A stretch of DNA of 64,000 nucleotides from the NCBI GenBank assembly GCA_001779115.1, contig MFJF01000005.1, forward strand, positions 76,922-140,921. Reading direction: 5' to 3'. Positions within the stretch are counted from its first letter, which is position 1; every line of letters starts with the position of its first letter. The position numbers were made by a program, and so were the translations under genes. The stretch comes from Candidatus Gottesmanbacteria bacterium RIFCSPHIGHO2_01_FULL_40_15 (GTDB lineage: Bacteria > Patescibacteriota > Microgenomatia > 2-02-FULL-39-11). The notes under the pieces are model-generated. The model was given only the letters and a program-made list of their open reading frames with translations, searched no databases and was not told the origin of the DNA. Shown here piece by piece: positions 44,019 to 54,064 of the stretch.

Positions 44019-45926
44019 TCAGCTTACTACTTCGCCTTCCTGAACTTCATCTTCTTTTTTCTTCCCGTCTTTTTTACCTTTAGATTCTTTTTCATCAACC
44101 TCTGGTTTTTCTTCAGAATGTTGTCCTTCTTTTTGACCCTGATACATAGCCTGGCCTATTTTTTGCAGGCTGTCTGACAGCTCCCGGGTTTTTGTTTCAA
44201 TTTCTGCCGAACCGGCCTTATCCAAGCTTGATTTCAGAGAAGAAATTTTTTCTTCAACTTCTTTTTTAACAGACGGGTCTACCTTTTCCCCGGTATCTTT
44301 TAAGGATTTTTCGGCTACATAAATCAGATTATCGGCTTTATTTCTGGCTTCAATTGTTTCTTTCTTTTCCCGGTCTTCGTCGGCATGTTTTTCAGCTTCT
44401 TTTGTCATCCGGTCAATCTCATCTTTAGCAAGTCCGGTCGTAGCCGTTATTTTTATGCTTTGGGACTTTCCGGTAGCTTTATCTTTGGCTGACACATTAA
44501 GAATGCCGTTGGCATCAATATCAAATGTAACTTCCACTTGGGGAACTCCTCTTTGAGCCGGAGGGATGCCGTCCAGAATAAAGCGGCCGAGTGATTTATT
44601 ATCAGCGGCCATGGGACGCTCACCCTGTAAAACATTTATTTCAACAGACGTCTGATTATCGGCGGCGGTTGAAAAAACTTCGGTTTTACTGGTAGGAATT
44701 GTCGTATTTCTGGAAATTAAGGGTGTTGTTACCGCTCCCAATGTTTCCAATCCCAGAGTCAGGGGTGTAACATCAAGAAGCACGACATCTTTAACGTCTC
44801 CCATAAGAATACCACCCTGGACTGCCGCTCCAACAGAAACCACCTCATCGGGATTGACGCTTTTATTAGGTTCTTTACCGAAAAACTTTTTAACCCTTTC
44901 CAAAACCTTGGGCATTCTGGTCATTCCTCCGACCAAAACAATTTCATCTATTTTATCTTTGCCGATTTTAGCGTCTTTTAAACAGGCTTCAATCGGCGGA
45001 ATTGTTTTTTCAATCAGATCCGATACGATTGATTCCAATTTCGCTCTGGTTAATTTCTGGACCAAATGGAGCGGTCCCTGATTTCCCTGGGTAATAAAGG
45101 GCAGATTAATTTCCGCTTCCATTGAAGTGGACAACTCAATTTTGGCTTTTTCGGCAGCGTCTCTTAATCTTTGAAGGGCCTGGGGGTCTTTTCTCAGATC
45201 GATATTGTTCTCCTTTTTGAATTCATCGGCAATATGATTCAAAATATCCTTGTCAAAATCGTCTCCTCCCAAATGGGTATCTCCATTGGTTGCTTTTACC
45301 TGATAAACACCTTCACCCAACTCCAAAACGGAGATGTCAAAGGTGCCTCCGCCCAGATCGTAAACGGCAACTGTATGGGCGTGTTTTTTATCAAGACCAT
45401 AAGCAAGTGCGGCAGCTGTGGGTTCATTAATTATCCTTTTTACTTCCAAACCGGCTATCTCACCTGCCTGTTTGGTTGCCTGTCTTTGTGAATCGTCAAA
45501 ATATGCCGGAACAGTTATAACCGCCTCCGTAACTTTTCCGCCGAGATAATTTTCGGCATCGGTTTTGATTTTTTGGAGAATTTGAGCTGATATCTCCTGC
45601 GGGGTAAAAGTTTTACCGTCAACCTCAACTACTGCCATTCCGTCCCTTCCGGCCTTAATGGTATAAGGCAACCATTTTAAATCGAATTGGATCGATTCAT
45701 CCTTAAAACGGCGGCCCATTAACCTTTTAACGGAAAAAATTGTGGTTTTGGGTTTCATAACCATTTGACGTTTAGCGACATCACCGACTATCCTTTTTAA
45801 AGGATCAACAACTGAAGGGATAACGTTTCTTCCTTCAGCCGAATGGATTACTTTCGGTTTGCCTCCCTCCATTACAGCAACGCAGCTGTTGGTTGTTCCC
45901 AAATCTATTCCGATTATTTTTGCCAT
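44019..45926 (-). CDS. dnaK: molecular chaperone DnaK (Hsp70)
   Basis: [22 protein letters not shown] and the rest of the canonical Hsp70 sequence in a 635-aa protein. A strong AAGGAGG RBS lies upstream. Confidence 0.95.
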   Translation of the reverse strand: MAKIIGIDLGTTNSCVAVMEGGKPKVIHSAEGRNVIPSVVDPLKRIVGDVAKRQMVMKPKTTIFSVKRLMGRRFKDESIQFDLKWLPYTIKAGRDGMAVVEVDGKTFTPQEISAQILQKIKTDAENYLGGKVTEAVITVPAYFDDSQRQATKQAGEIAGLEVKRIINEPTAAALAYGLDKKHAHTVAVYDLGGGTFDISVLELGEGVYQVKATNGDTHLGGDDFDKDILNHIADEFKKENNIDLRKDPQALQRLRDAAEKAKIELSTSMEAEINLPFITQGNQGPLHLVQKLTRAKLESIVSDLIEKTIPPIEACLKDAKIGKDKIDEIVLVGGMTRMPKVLERVKKFFGKEPNKSVNPDEVVSVGAAVQGGILMGDVKDVVLLDVTPLTLGLETLGAVTTPLISRNTTIPTSKTEVFSTAADNQTSVEINVLQGERPMAADNKSLGRFILDGIPPAQRGVPQVEVTFDIDANGILNVSAKDKATGKSQSIKITATTGLAKDEIDRMTKEAEKHADEDREKKETIEARNKADNLIYVAEKSLKDTGEKVDPSVKKEVEEKISSLKSSLDKAGSAEIETKTRELSDSLQKIGQAMYQGQKEGQHSEEKPEVDEKESKGKKDGKKKEDEVQEGEVVS

Positions 45927-45957
45927 TTTTCTATCCTCCTTTGAATTAAAAATTTAG

Positions 45958-46449
45958 TTAATGTCCGGCCTTCCGGTTAACAATTACCTGGGCCGGTCTT
46001 AAAACCTGATTATTCATCATATAAGCAGGTCTTATTTGCCCAATGACCTGATTGTCCGGTTTGCCCGGAGTTACGGAAACGCATTCCATAAACGTAGGAT
46101 CAAATTTACGGTCAAGACAATCAACTTTTTCCACATTTTCTTCCTGAAGCAGATTTATAAATTTATTCAATATCAGTTCAAGACCCTTATCAGGTAAGAG
46201 CTTGGCGGCTGTTTCCAAATCGTCAATTATCGGCAACAGTTTCAAAATAAAATCTTTATTGGCGAATTTTTTAACTTCGGCCGCTTTCTCGCTGACTCTT
46301 CTTTCCAAATTCCTGTAGTCAGCCAGCGCCCGGAGATATTTATCCTTCCATTCGTCGGAATTTAGTTCAGACTTTTTATCCTGATCCGGCTTTTTTCCTT
46401 TATTTGGTTCATTTTCCTGTACGGTTTTAGTATTGTTGCTTTTTTTCAT
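45958..46449 (-). CDS. grpE: nucleotide exchange factor GrpE
   Basis: The GrpE coiled-coil and beta-domain are present. The start is assigned to MKKSNNT at 46449; the track's upstream extension overlaps hrcA and is rejected. Confidence 0.85.
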   Translation of the reverse strand: MKKSNNTKTVQENEPNKGKKPDQDKKSELNSDEWKDKYLRALADYRNLERRVSEKAAEVKKFANKDFILKLLPIIDDLETAAKLLPDKGLELILNKFINLLQEENVEKVDCLDRKFDPTFMECVSVTPGKPDNQVIGQIRPAYMMNNQVLRPAQVIVNRKAGH

Positions 46450-46453
46450 TGGT

Positions 46454-47188
46454 TTACCAGGATTTAGCCAGATCATTAATGAGATCACCCATATACCTGA
46501 CAATCGGGACAATACGGGGATAATTGAGCCTGACCGGGCCGACAACACCGATTGCCCCCTGATGATGGGGTGAATTGAACTTGACGAATACCGTACCGCA
46601 TGAGCTTAATAATTGACCGCCCAATTCTTCACCGACCAGGATGCGGAGCGATTCTTCCTCTTTATTATCAAAAGCTGAAAATATTTTCCACCAGTAATCA
46701 TACTGATCCAGGGTATCAAGCAGATGTTTGGTGATATCGATATCGTAAAATTCAGGCATATCCAATATGTTTCCCAGCCCTGAGGTAAAAAAATCTCCCT
46801 CATTTGTAGCTGCCAATGACATGGCATTGGTTTGTTTGGCTAATGTTTTGGTCGCCTCTCTTAAAAGGCGGTCCATTTCATTACGGTAATCCCAAATCTT
46901 TTGCTTAACATTAACTTCTTCATTTACCGATAATTCCTTGGTTTTCATCAGTTTATCAACATAATATTTCAAAGCATGCGGAGTGGGTGTCCTTCCAGCA
47001 GAAGTGTGAGGCTGCTGGAGAAATCCGGCATCAGTTAATTTGACCATTTCGTTTCTGATTGTTGCCGGTGAGACACCCAAATCGTACTTCTTATCCAAAG
47101 TTTCCGAAGCCACCGGTTGGGCCGTATTAATAAATTCATCGATTATAGCCTTAAGTATTTGGAGCTGTCTATCAGTTAAATCAGCCAT
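46454..47188 (-). CDS. hrcA: heat-inducible transcriptional repressor HrcA (short form)
   Basis: N-terminal wHTH LQILKAIIDEFINTAQPVASETL. The protein is 244 aa. Confidence 0.85.
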   Translation of the reverse strand: MADLTDRQLQILKAIIDEFINTAQPVASETLDKKYDLGVSPATIRNEMVKLTDAGFLQQPHTSAGRTPTPHALKYYVDKLMKTKELSVNEEVNVKQKIWDYRNEMDRLLREATKTLAKQTNAMSLAATNEGDFFTSGLGNILDMPEFYDIDITKHLLDTLDQYDYWWKIFSAFDNKEEESLRILVGEELGGQLLSSCGTVFVKFNSPHHQGAIGVVGPVRLNYPRIVPIVRYMGDLINDLAKSW

Positions 47189-47192
47189 GGAA

Positions 47193-47229
47193 TTAGCACT
47201 AAAATATCATGACTGCTAAAGTTTGTCAA
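47193..47229 (-). promoter_or_regulatory. hrcA promoter with embedded CIRCE operator
   Basis: CIRCE-like inverted repeat TTAGCACT-N9-TGACTGCTAA (47193-47219), matching 8 of 9 positions in each half. On the minus strand, TTGACA (47224-47229), a 17-nt spacer and TATTTT (47201-47206) form the promoter. The repeat overlaps the spacer and -10, and the implied transcript start is only a few nt before the ATG. Confidence 0.6.
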
Positions 47230-47267
47230 GTGAGAACAGATACGTTACCATTTTTAAAGAAGAGTAT

Positions 47268-49184
47268 ATGAACCGACTCCGTAACAAACTGATAATTCTT
47301 ACTTTTGTTTTATTGACACTTCCCTTTTTTATTTATTCACAACAGTTTATTGTGACCATTTTGAGCCGCGCGATTGAAAAAAAAGCAAATATAGCGGTAG
47401 ATGTTAATAGCTACACAGGAGAAATAAAAAACGGTTGGCTTAATTTTGCCCAGGGAGGTGAAGAGCCGCCGCCCATGCTTCATAACAGTGTTACCAGAAT
47501 GAAACTTATTTCTCCTTACCTTATAAGACTTGATCATATTTTTGACTACTACGGAGTACTTTCTGATGACGGCAGTTACAATTTTCAAAACTTGGACGAA
47601 ACTGTTGAAGATATCATTAACATGGGAGCAATTCCTTTTTTCAGTCTCTCATATATGCCTAAGTCAATTAGCAGTGACGGAACGGTAACCGGTAAACCGC
47701 GAAATTGGCAATTATGGCAGGAACTTATCAAAAAAACGATTGAACATTACAGCGGAAAAAACAATAAGAATTTAACCGGTGTTTATTATGAAGTCTGGAA
47801 TGAACCGGAACTTGTCCAATTCGGATCTTATAAATTAAACGGCAATAAAAATTATAATGAACTCTATTATTTTGCTGCCAAAGGAGCGCAGGAAGCTGTT
47901 AATGTCAACAAATTTTATATCGGCGGACCGGCGGTTGGTTCCTATTATCCCCTGTGGGTTGACGGGTTTTTAACATATATTAATGAAAATAAACTCCGGC
48001 TGGATTTTTATTCATGGCACCGGTACCATACCGATCCCAGAAAATTTGCCGAAGATGCCCAAAACATCAGGAACAAACTTGCCAAATACAACGGATTTTC
48101 ACAATTGCCTCTGATTTTATCCGAATGGGGAATAGACTCCGGAAATAACGGAAACAACAATACGGCTAAAGCTGCTGCCTTCAGTATGGCTACTGTTTTT
48201 AAGACATACGGACTTATAGATCAACTATTTGCATTTGAGGTAAAAGACGGCCCCCCTCCCGGGGGAGGAAAATGGGGCTTAATGACGCATGAAAAAGATC
48301 AAAAACCGCTTTTTTTAAAACCGAGATTTAAAGCTTTTTCCGCCTCAACAAAACTGACCGGAACCGGGCTTAAGCTTGCCGGTGAGGGAACTTATATTTC
48401 GGGAATGGCAGTCAAAGCCGCGGATAATACCATTAATTTACTTCTTACTAATTATGACAAAAATGAGCGCAACTGGGAAAATGTTCCGGTAACATTTACC
48501 GGTATTAAGACAGGATCCTACCAATTGACCGCGAGAAATATAACAGTTAATTCATCCCAAGTTTCGGAGGTTATTTCAATAAACGGAGAAATTAAAAAAG
48601 AGATTCTGATGCTCCCGAATTCCGTTATTTATCTGGAATTAAAAGAAAAAGGAAAGCTTTCCGAATTCATCAAAGGAGCCGGCGGTACTTTTGATGACCG
48701 CGCTCTGGTTTTAGCCGGTACGGGAGACCTTCTTATTTCCCGACCGGAATCAGACTTTTCCCAAAGCCTTCAATTATCATTTAATATCCTACCTTTTTGG
48801 GAGAAAGATGAAAAAACGGATATTAGCATTGTGATGGCGCAATACCAAAATACTGACGGGGGCACCACTTCTTTAAGTTTGAAAAAAACCGCATCCAAGG
48901 GAATTGATTTTCTGCTTTTAACATTAAATGAAACCCCGGCGGAATTGAGACTATCATATCCGATTGAGAATTGGTCGAATGACGCCTGGCATGATATAAA
49001 TCTGAATCTTACCGAAAATAGAATCAGTTTATCGGTTGATGGAAATGAATTTTCCAAAGAAATCCTTTTTAAGAAGGATTTAAAGAAACTGGAAAGCGTT
49101 TATTTTTTTCCGTTTAACGGTGCTTTGGATAATGTAAAAATTTCAGCTGATGACAAGCTGATGGAATTTCGGAACTTTGATTAA
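47268..49184 (+). CDS. secreted glycoside hydrolase (clan GH-A, GH39-like) with C-terminal LamG/concanavalin-like domain
   Basis: Signal or TM segment (LIILTFVLLTLPFFIY). GVYYEVWNEPE supplies the NEP acid/base motif of clan A. The C-terminus LSVDGNEFSKEI...FNGALDNVKI is lectin-like. The track's TTG at 47223 is the alternative start. Confidence 0.55.
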   Translation: MNRLRNKLIILTFVLLTLPFFIYSQQFIVTILSRAIEKKANIAVDVNSYTGEIKNGWLNFAQGGEEPPPMLHNSVTRMKLISPYLIRLDHIFDYYGVLSDDGSYNFQNLDETVEDIINMGAIPFFSLSYMPKSISSDGTVTGKPRNWQLWQELIKKTIEHYSGKNNKNLTGVYYEVWNEPELVQFGSYKLNGNKNYNELYYFAAKGAQEAVNVNKFYIGGPAVGSYYPLWVDGFLTYINENKLRLDFYSWHRYHTDPRKFAEDAQNIRNKLAKYNGFSQLPLILSEWGIDSGNNGNNNTAKAAAFSMATVFKTYGLIDQLFAFEVKDGPPPGGGKWGLMTHEKDQKPLFLKPRFKAFSASTKLTGTGLKLAGEGTYISGMAVKAADNTINLLLTNYDKNERNWENVPVTFTGIKTGSYQLTARNITVNSSQVSEVISINGEIKKEILMLPNSVIYLELKEKGKLSEFIKGAGGTFDDRALVLAGTGDLLISRPESDFSQSLQLSFNILPFWEKDEKTDISIVMAQYQNTDGGTTSLSLKKTASKGIDFLLLTLNETPAELRLSYPIENWSNDAWHDINLNLTENRISLSVDGNEFSKEILFKKDLKKLESVYFFPFNGALDNVKISADDKLMEFRNFD

Positions 49185-49191
49185 ACTTAAA

Positions 49192-50850
49192 CTATTGTTC
49201 CTGGAGATTAACCACTTCCTGAGACGTATCAATTAAAACTTTGGGCCTTTTCACAGCATATTTTCTGAACAGTTTGAATAAAATCTCTATTTGCGGGACA
49301 TCCATAAACCAGGCAAAAAAAAGATAGACAAAAATGCCAAGCGCGGTGGAGATTCCTGTCAGAATTAAAAGATTAATGGTTCTGGTTGTATCAAAAACAA
49401 GCTGATCCAATAGTTTAATGGGGATATAAAGAGCAACAGCCGCCACAAACGAGGCTAAAAATATTTTTACCGAAGGAAGGATTATTTCTCCGGGAGTGAT
49501 ATTACCGATCTTTTTATAAAGCATTAATAGAAGAAGCAGCATGTTTAATATGCTGGCAATAGACGCGGATAATGCCAAAACCCAAACATCCAATTGGAAT
49601 ACCAAAACAAACAATAATGAAAGAATCGTGTTAGTGATGACAGAAACTGCTCCGATTATAACAGGAGTTTTACTGTCCTGAAGCGCATAAAAACTTCTGG
49701 CCAAAAGGTGTGCCAATGATTGGGCAAAAAGTGAAAGGGAAAAAAAGGCAAGAGTATGACCGGTAAGGACAGTTGATTGCCAGTCAAAAAGCGTTGAAGC
49801 ACCAAAAACCAACCGAACGACAGGAATCCGTAAAACTATGAGTATGGCGGAGAGAGGAACTATCAAAAACATAATCTGATGAAATGATGAAAGAAAAATC
49901 GTTTTAAATTTTTCAGTGTCCTTTTTGGCATAAAGTGACGATAAAGTTGGAAGACTGGCTTGGGCAATGGATACGCCAAACAGTCCGATCGGAAGCTGCT
50001 GAAGATGCTGGGCAAAATTAAAAACCGTCACTGATGAAGCTCCCAATAAACTGGATAAGGCAAGATCTATGGTTGTATCAATTTGGGAAACCGCCAAACC
50101 CAATGTTCTGGGAAGCATTAACCGGCCAACTGACCTGACACCCGGATTTTTATAGGAAAAATCAGCACTGTGTTTATAACCGTATGACAAAACAGGAGGA
50201 ATTTGTATTAAGGTGAACAAAAAAGCTCCTATAACAACTCCGATGACCGGAGCGTAAAGCCCTGCCGTGGGAGTTAAAAAAAGAATTCCGATAATTATTC
50301 CCAGGTTATAAATAACAGGGGCAAGAGAAGGTACCAGGAAATTGCGGAATGATTGGAGTATTCCGGTTAGAAAATTGCCGATGATAAGGGGAAAAACCTG
50401 GGCAATAATCATAATTCTGGTAAATGAAACCATTACTTCAATTTGTGAATCCGAAAAACCGGGAGCCATAAGTGCTGATATGTTACGGGCAAAAATATAT
50501 ATAGGTACGGCGGCAATAACGAATAGAACCATGCCGATATTAATAACGGCTGAAGCTAAACGAAAGGCATTTTCTTTACCTTTAGTATCCAGAAAAGCCG
50601 TAAAAACGGGTATAAAAGCAGAAGCCAAGGCGCCCATAACCAGGAGCTCAAAGATCATATTGGGAAGTCTGAAAGCGGCGTAATAAATACCCAATTCCTC
50701 AGGAGTGAAACGGCCGGCTAACAGCCTGTCCCGGAATAAACCGAGAATCCGTGACAGAAAAACCGCGGTCATAATGACTGACGCGGCTGAGAGTATATTC
50801 GTCTGCTGCCTGTTTAGAATATTGAATGTTTTTCTTAACAGCTTGACCAT
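49192..50850 (-). CDS. murJ: lipid II flippase MurJ (MviN)
   Basis: 14 predicted TM helices. The N-terminus AASVIMTAVFLSRILGLFRDRLLAGRFTPEELGIYYAAFRLPNMIFEL is typical of MurJ. Confidence 0.85.
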   Translation of the reverse strand: MVKLLRKTFNILNRQQTNILSAASVIMTAVFLSRILGLFRDRLLAGRFTPEELGIYYAAFRLPNMIFELLVMGALASAFIPVFTAFLDTKGKENAFRLASAVINIGMVLFVIAAVPIYIFARNISALMAPGFSDSQIEVMVSFTRIMIIAQVFPLIIGNFLTGILQSFRNFLVPSLAPVIYNLGIIIGILFLTPTAGLYAPVIGVVIGAFLFTLIQIPPVLSYGYKHSADFSYKNPGVRSVGRLMLPRTLGLAVSQIDTTIDLALSSLLGASSVTVFNFAQHLQQLPIGLFGVSIAQASLPTLSSLYAKKDTEKFKTIFLSSFHQIMFLIVPLSAILIVLRIPVVRLVFGASTLFDWQSTVLTGHTLAFFSLSLFAQSLAHLLARSFYALQDSKTPVIIGAVSVITNTILSLLFVLVFQLDVWVLALSASIASILNMLLLLLMLYKKIGNITPGEIILPSVKIFLASFVAAVALYIPIKLLDQLVFDTTRTINLLILTGISTALGIFVYLFFAWFMDVPQIEILFKLFRKYAVKRPKVLIDTSQEVVNLQEQ

Positions 50851-50879
50851 TTAAGTTCTCATTAGTATACTACTTCATT

Positions 50880-51146
50880 ATGCCAGTCACTAGTTCGGCA
50901 AAAAAGAAACTTAAGCAGGATAACAAAAGACATCAGATCAATCTGGCGGCAAAAAATGCCGTCAAAAACGCCGTTAAAAAATTCCGGCAGAAACCGTCCC
51001 CAAAATTATTGACCGAAGCATATTCAAAGCTTGACCTTTCCAGTAAAAAAAATATTTACCACGCCAACAAAGTTGCCAGAATGAAATCGGCACTGGCCAA
51101 ATTACTGAACGCTAAAAAGACATCTCCAAAACCTAAAAAGTCCTGA
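50880..51146 (+). CDS. rpsT: 30S ribosomal protein S20
   Basis: 88-aa basic protein. SAKKKLKQDNKRHQINLAAKNAVKNAVKKF matches S20. Confidence 0.9.
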   Translation: MPVTSSAKKKLKQDNKRHQINLAAKNAVKNAVKKFRQKPSPKLLTEAYSKLDLSSKKNIYHANKVARMKSALAKLLNAKKTSPKPKKS

Positions 51147-51276
51147 CCGGTTTTTCCATCTTTCCACTTCAGGAGTTGAATTCTCATGACAGTTTGGGAA
51201 CTGACTAGAACTGTTGTTTTTTGTGTATAATGAGAACAGTCCTTTATTGAGGTTTTTTTCATTATTGGTTTTTAGC

Positions 51277-51834
51277 ATGCCTGCCTCAAAACAGAAAACA
51301 AGCATAAATCTGGTTATTAAGCCGGAAGAACAGTTAAATCTGTCATCGCAATTCTTAAATTGGGCATTAACATACGGCAGGTATATTATTATCATTATTC
51401 AAATTGTAGTTTTATCCGTTTTTTTCATGAGATTTAAATTTGACCGTGATAGAACCGATCTTCGGGAAACCGTTTCACAAAAAAAGGCGTTAATTGAATC
51501 AATCACGGAAATGGAAAATGAAATAAGAAAAGTGCAAAAAAAATTGGCCGATATAAAACTCATTACAACAGAACAGGATATATATCTGCGACTGATCAAT
51601 TTCCTGGAAGATAATACACCGGTCGAAACTACTTTTTCCTTATTATCTTTTTCCAGTGATAAAGTCAGTTTTGTAGCGGTGGCGCAGGATTTAAAAACTT
51701 TCAATTATCTGCTAAAAAGAATCCAGGATGAGAAACTTTTTACTGATATCGCTCTTGAGGATTTAAAAAGACGGGCAGACGGAAAGGTTGAATTCCGGGT
51801 AATGACTAAATTAGTTACCAAATCATATGAATAA
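51277..51834 (+). CDS. type IV pilus assembly PilN-like protein
   Basis: N-terminal INLLP-like motif (SINLVIKPEE), a TM helix and a periplasmic coiled coil. The track's upstream extension from 51214 is rejected. Confidence 0.5.
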   Translation: MPASKQKTSINLVIKPEEQLNLSSQFLNWALTYGRYIIIIIQIVVLSVFFMRFKFDRDRTDLRETVSQKKALIESITEMENEIRKVQKKLADIKLITTEQDIYLRLINFLEDNTPVETTFSLLSFSSDKVSFVAVAQDLKTFNYLLKRIQDEKLFTDIALEDLKRRADGKVEFRVMTKLVTKSYE

Positions 51835-52453
51835 AGGTCCGCAATCGCTGTCGGCTATCAAAAACAGTCTGATATTAAAAACCCGCCGCAGGCTAAAACC
51901 GGTAATACAGAACCGTAGAACCGCCTCCTACTTTACTTTAACGCTGACTCTTTTTTCCCTTTCGTTTTTCGGGCTGTTTGCCATCAGACCGACGCTGATT
52001 ACGGCTATCACATTAATTAAAGAAGTAAATGATCTTAAAAAATTAAGCCTGGATTATGAAAATAAAATCAGTAATATAATTCTTGCCCAATCGGAATATG
52101 AAAGAATAAGAGAGTCGCTTCTTAATATTGAGGCGGCCCTGCCGGGAAAATCAGATTTTACAGGTTTTTCCAAAGCCATGGAAAAGTTAGCTTTTAATAA
52201 CGGAGTGGTAATTAACCAACTGCAAATTGATTCGGCACCAATATCAATCCCCCAAACGAACGGATTATTATCCCGCTTTAATTTTATTCTTATCGGTGTG
52301 GGCGCTTACGAAAATGTTAATTCTTATTTAGCCGACATTTATAATTATAAAAGAATTGTTACAATAAATTCGATGGATTTTACTCCTGAAGGAGGAACGG
52401 TAAGCGGTATACTGCGTATTTCCATGAAAGGCAAAGCATATTATGAACCGTAA
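51827..52453 (+). CDS. type IV pilus assembly PilO-like protein
   Basis: TM helix, coiled coil and a C-terminal alpha/beta domain. The gene is translationally coupled to the PilN-like gene. Confidence 0.45.
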   Translation: MNKGPQSLSAIKNSLILKTRRRLKPVIQNRRTASYFTLTLTLFSLSFFGLFAIRPTLITAITLIKEVNDLKKLSLDYENKISNIILAQSEYERIRESLLNIEAALPGKSDFTGFSKAMEKLAFNNGVVINQLQIDSAPISIPQTNGLLSRFNFILIGVGAYENVNSYLADIYNYKRIVTINSMDFTPEGGTVSGILRISMKGKAYYEP

Positions 52454-52634
52454 AGAATTGTATATTCTGGCGCTGATAACATTTATGACTGTTGTTGTCT
52501 GGATTATTTTTGGGATATCCGGCGCCCGAAAGATATCCAAAGTTGAAGATCAGACTTTAAAAACTATTGTTCCTTTAACTCCCACATTTGACAGTGACAT
52601 TATCAACCAACTCAACCGGCGGGAGGCAGAATAA
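52443..52634 (+). CDS. small single-TM protein (hypothetical)
   Basis: 63 aa with overlapping start and stop with its neighbours (operon-like). Confidence 0.35.
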   Translation: MNRKELYILALITFMTVVVWIIFGISGARKISKVEDQTLKTIVPLTPTFDSDIINQLNRREAE

Positions 52635-54064
52635 TGTACCGGAAAGTTAAAAAAATACCGACAATTCTGGCGCTTTTACTAATCATGTTCGGTTTGGGAG
52701 CGGGACTTTATCTGGACGGCACTTACCAACAATTTTTTACAAGCGCTTCACCACCGGTTGCTCCATCAGATATTCATTTAACCAATATTTCCGATAACTC
52801 AATCACAGTTTCCTATATTACGGAAAAACCGGAAACCGGAGCGGTCATATTAACTCTAAATGGAAAACAGACTACCCATCTTGACGACATTGATAACGAC
52901 TGGATAACAAAATCCCGGCTGACCCATATGTTTACTCTCAAAAATCTAATGCCAGATACTTTTTACAACATAAAAATCGTCAGCGGAAAATCATCATGCA
53001 GAAATACAGCTTGTCCCGAATTTACTCAAAAAACCGGCGTCAAACTGGATTCTCCTTTGGAATTACCGCCGATTACCGGCAGGTTAGTTGATAATAAAAA
53101 CGATCCGACCGAAGAGGGCCTTATTTATCTTCTTATAGGAAAGGCCAGTCCGCTGTCGGCCAGAACTGACGGAAAAGGAATATTTGCCATTCCGCTAAAT
53201 AATTTAAGAAGCCAGGATTTTCTGAAAAGACCGGATTTAGATGATAATTCACCTATTCAAATTACCTTTAAGAAAAGTCCATCGAGTTATGCTTCGGTAA
53301 TAAGCAGACTGGGTCTTGTTAAAAACGATCCTTCGCTTGAAGACATTGAACTTGGAAAAACTTATAATTTTCTAAACGCTGAAGAAAGTGGAGCTGAAAG
53401 CGGAAGACCGGCAGTATTGGGAAACAGATCATCGCGTTTAAATCCAACTGGCCCGACACCGACCATAATAAAAAAAGGCGTAGAACTTTTTTTCCCGGAA
53501 AAAAACCTGGATACGACAATTGATAATAATCCGAAATTCCGCGGAGCCGGAATTCCGGGAGACACCCTTAAAATAACAGTCAAATCCAAAATTCAGACGG
53601 CAAACATTATCGTCGGCAGTGACGGAACCTGGGAATTCCGGCCTAAAGAACCACTGGAACCGGGAAGTCATGAAATTACCGTTGAAGGAAAAGACATCAA
53701 CGGAAAAAAAGTCTCTGTAACCCGCAAATTCGTGGTTTTTAAAAGCGGAGAACAGATTCTGGGAGAATCAACTCCTTCGGGAGATTTGACCCCGACAGAA
53801 ACACCGGATATTACTCCGACGGAAACACCGGATATTTCCATAACAATCAGTCCCACCCCGCAATTATCTCCGACATATACTCCTACTCCAACGCCTTCGG
53901 AAACACCGACGCCCTCCCAAACACCGACACCGACAGATGAAGGAGAAGTTGCAGTGACGGATATCCCGCCGCGTGCAGGGACCACAGGCATGACCAATGC
54001 AATCCTTATAAGCAGTTTGGCAATATTGTTTTACGGAATACGAATGCTTTTGGTGAATTTATAA
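52634..54064 (+). CDS. surface protein: N-terminal TM helix, FN3-like and bacterial Ig-like domains, Pro/Thr linker, C-terminal RAG-TM anchor
   Basis: The FN3-like block reads SDIHLTNISDNSITVSYI...FYNIKIVSG. The Ig-like block reads GDTLKITVKS...GSHEITVEGKD. TPTETPDI tandem repeats follow, and the protein ends ...DIPPRAGTTGMTNAILISSLAILFYGIRMLLVNL. Confidence 0.6.
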   Translation: MYRKVKKIPTILALLLIMFGLGAGLYLDGTYQQFFTSASPPVAPSDIHLTNISDNSITVSYITEKPETGAVILTLNGKQTTHLDDIDNDWITKSRLTHMFTLKNLMPDTFYNIKIVSGKSSCRNTACPEFTQKTGVKLDSPLELPPITGRLVDNKNDPTEEGLIYLLIGKASPLSARTDGKGIFAIPLNNLRSQDFLKRPDLDDNSPIQITFKKSPSSYASVISRLGLVKNDPSLEDIELGKTYNFLNAEESGAESGRPAVLGNRSSRLNPTGPTPTIIKKGVELFFPEKNLDTTIDNNPKFRGAGIPGDTLKITVKSKIQTANIIVGSDGTWEFRPKEPLEPGSHEITVEGKDINGKKVSVTRKFVVFKSGEQILGESTPSGDLTPTETPDITPTETPDISITISPTPQLSPTYTPTPTPSETPTPSQTPTPTDEGEVAVTDIPPRAGTTGMTNAILISSLAILFYGIRMLLVNL

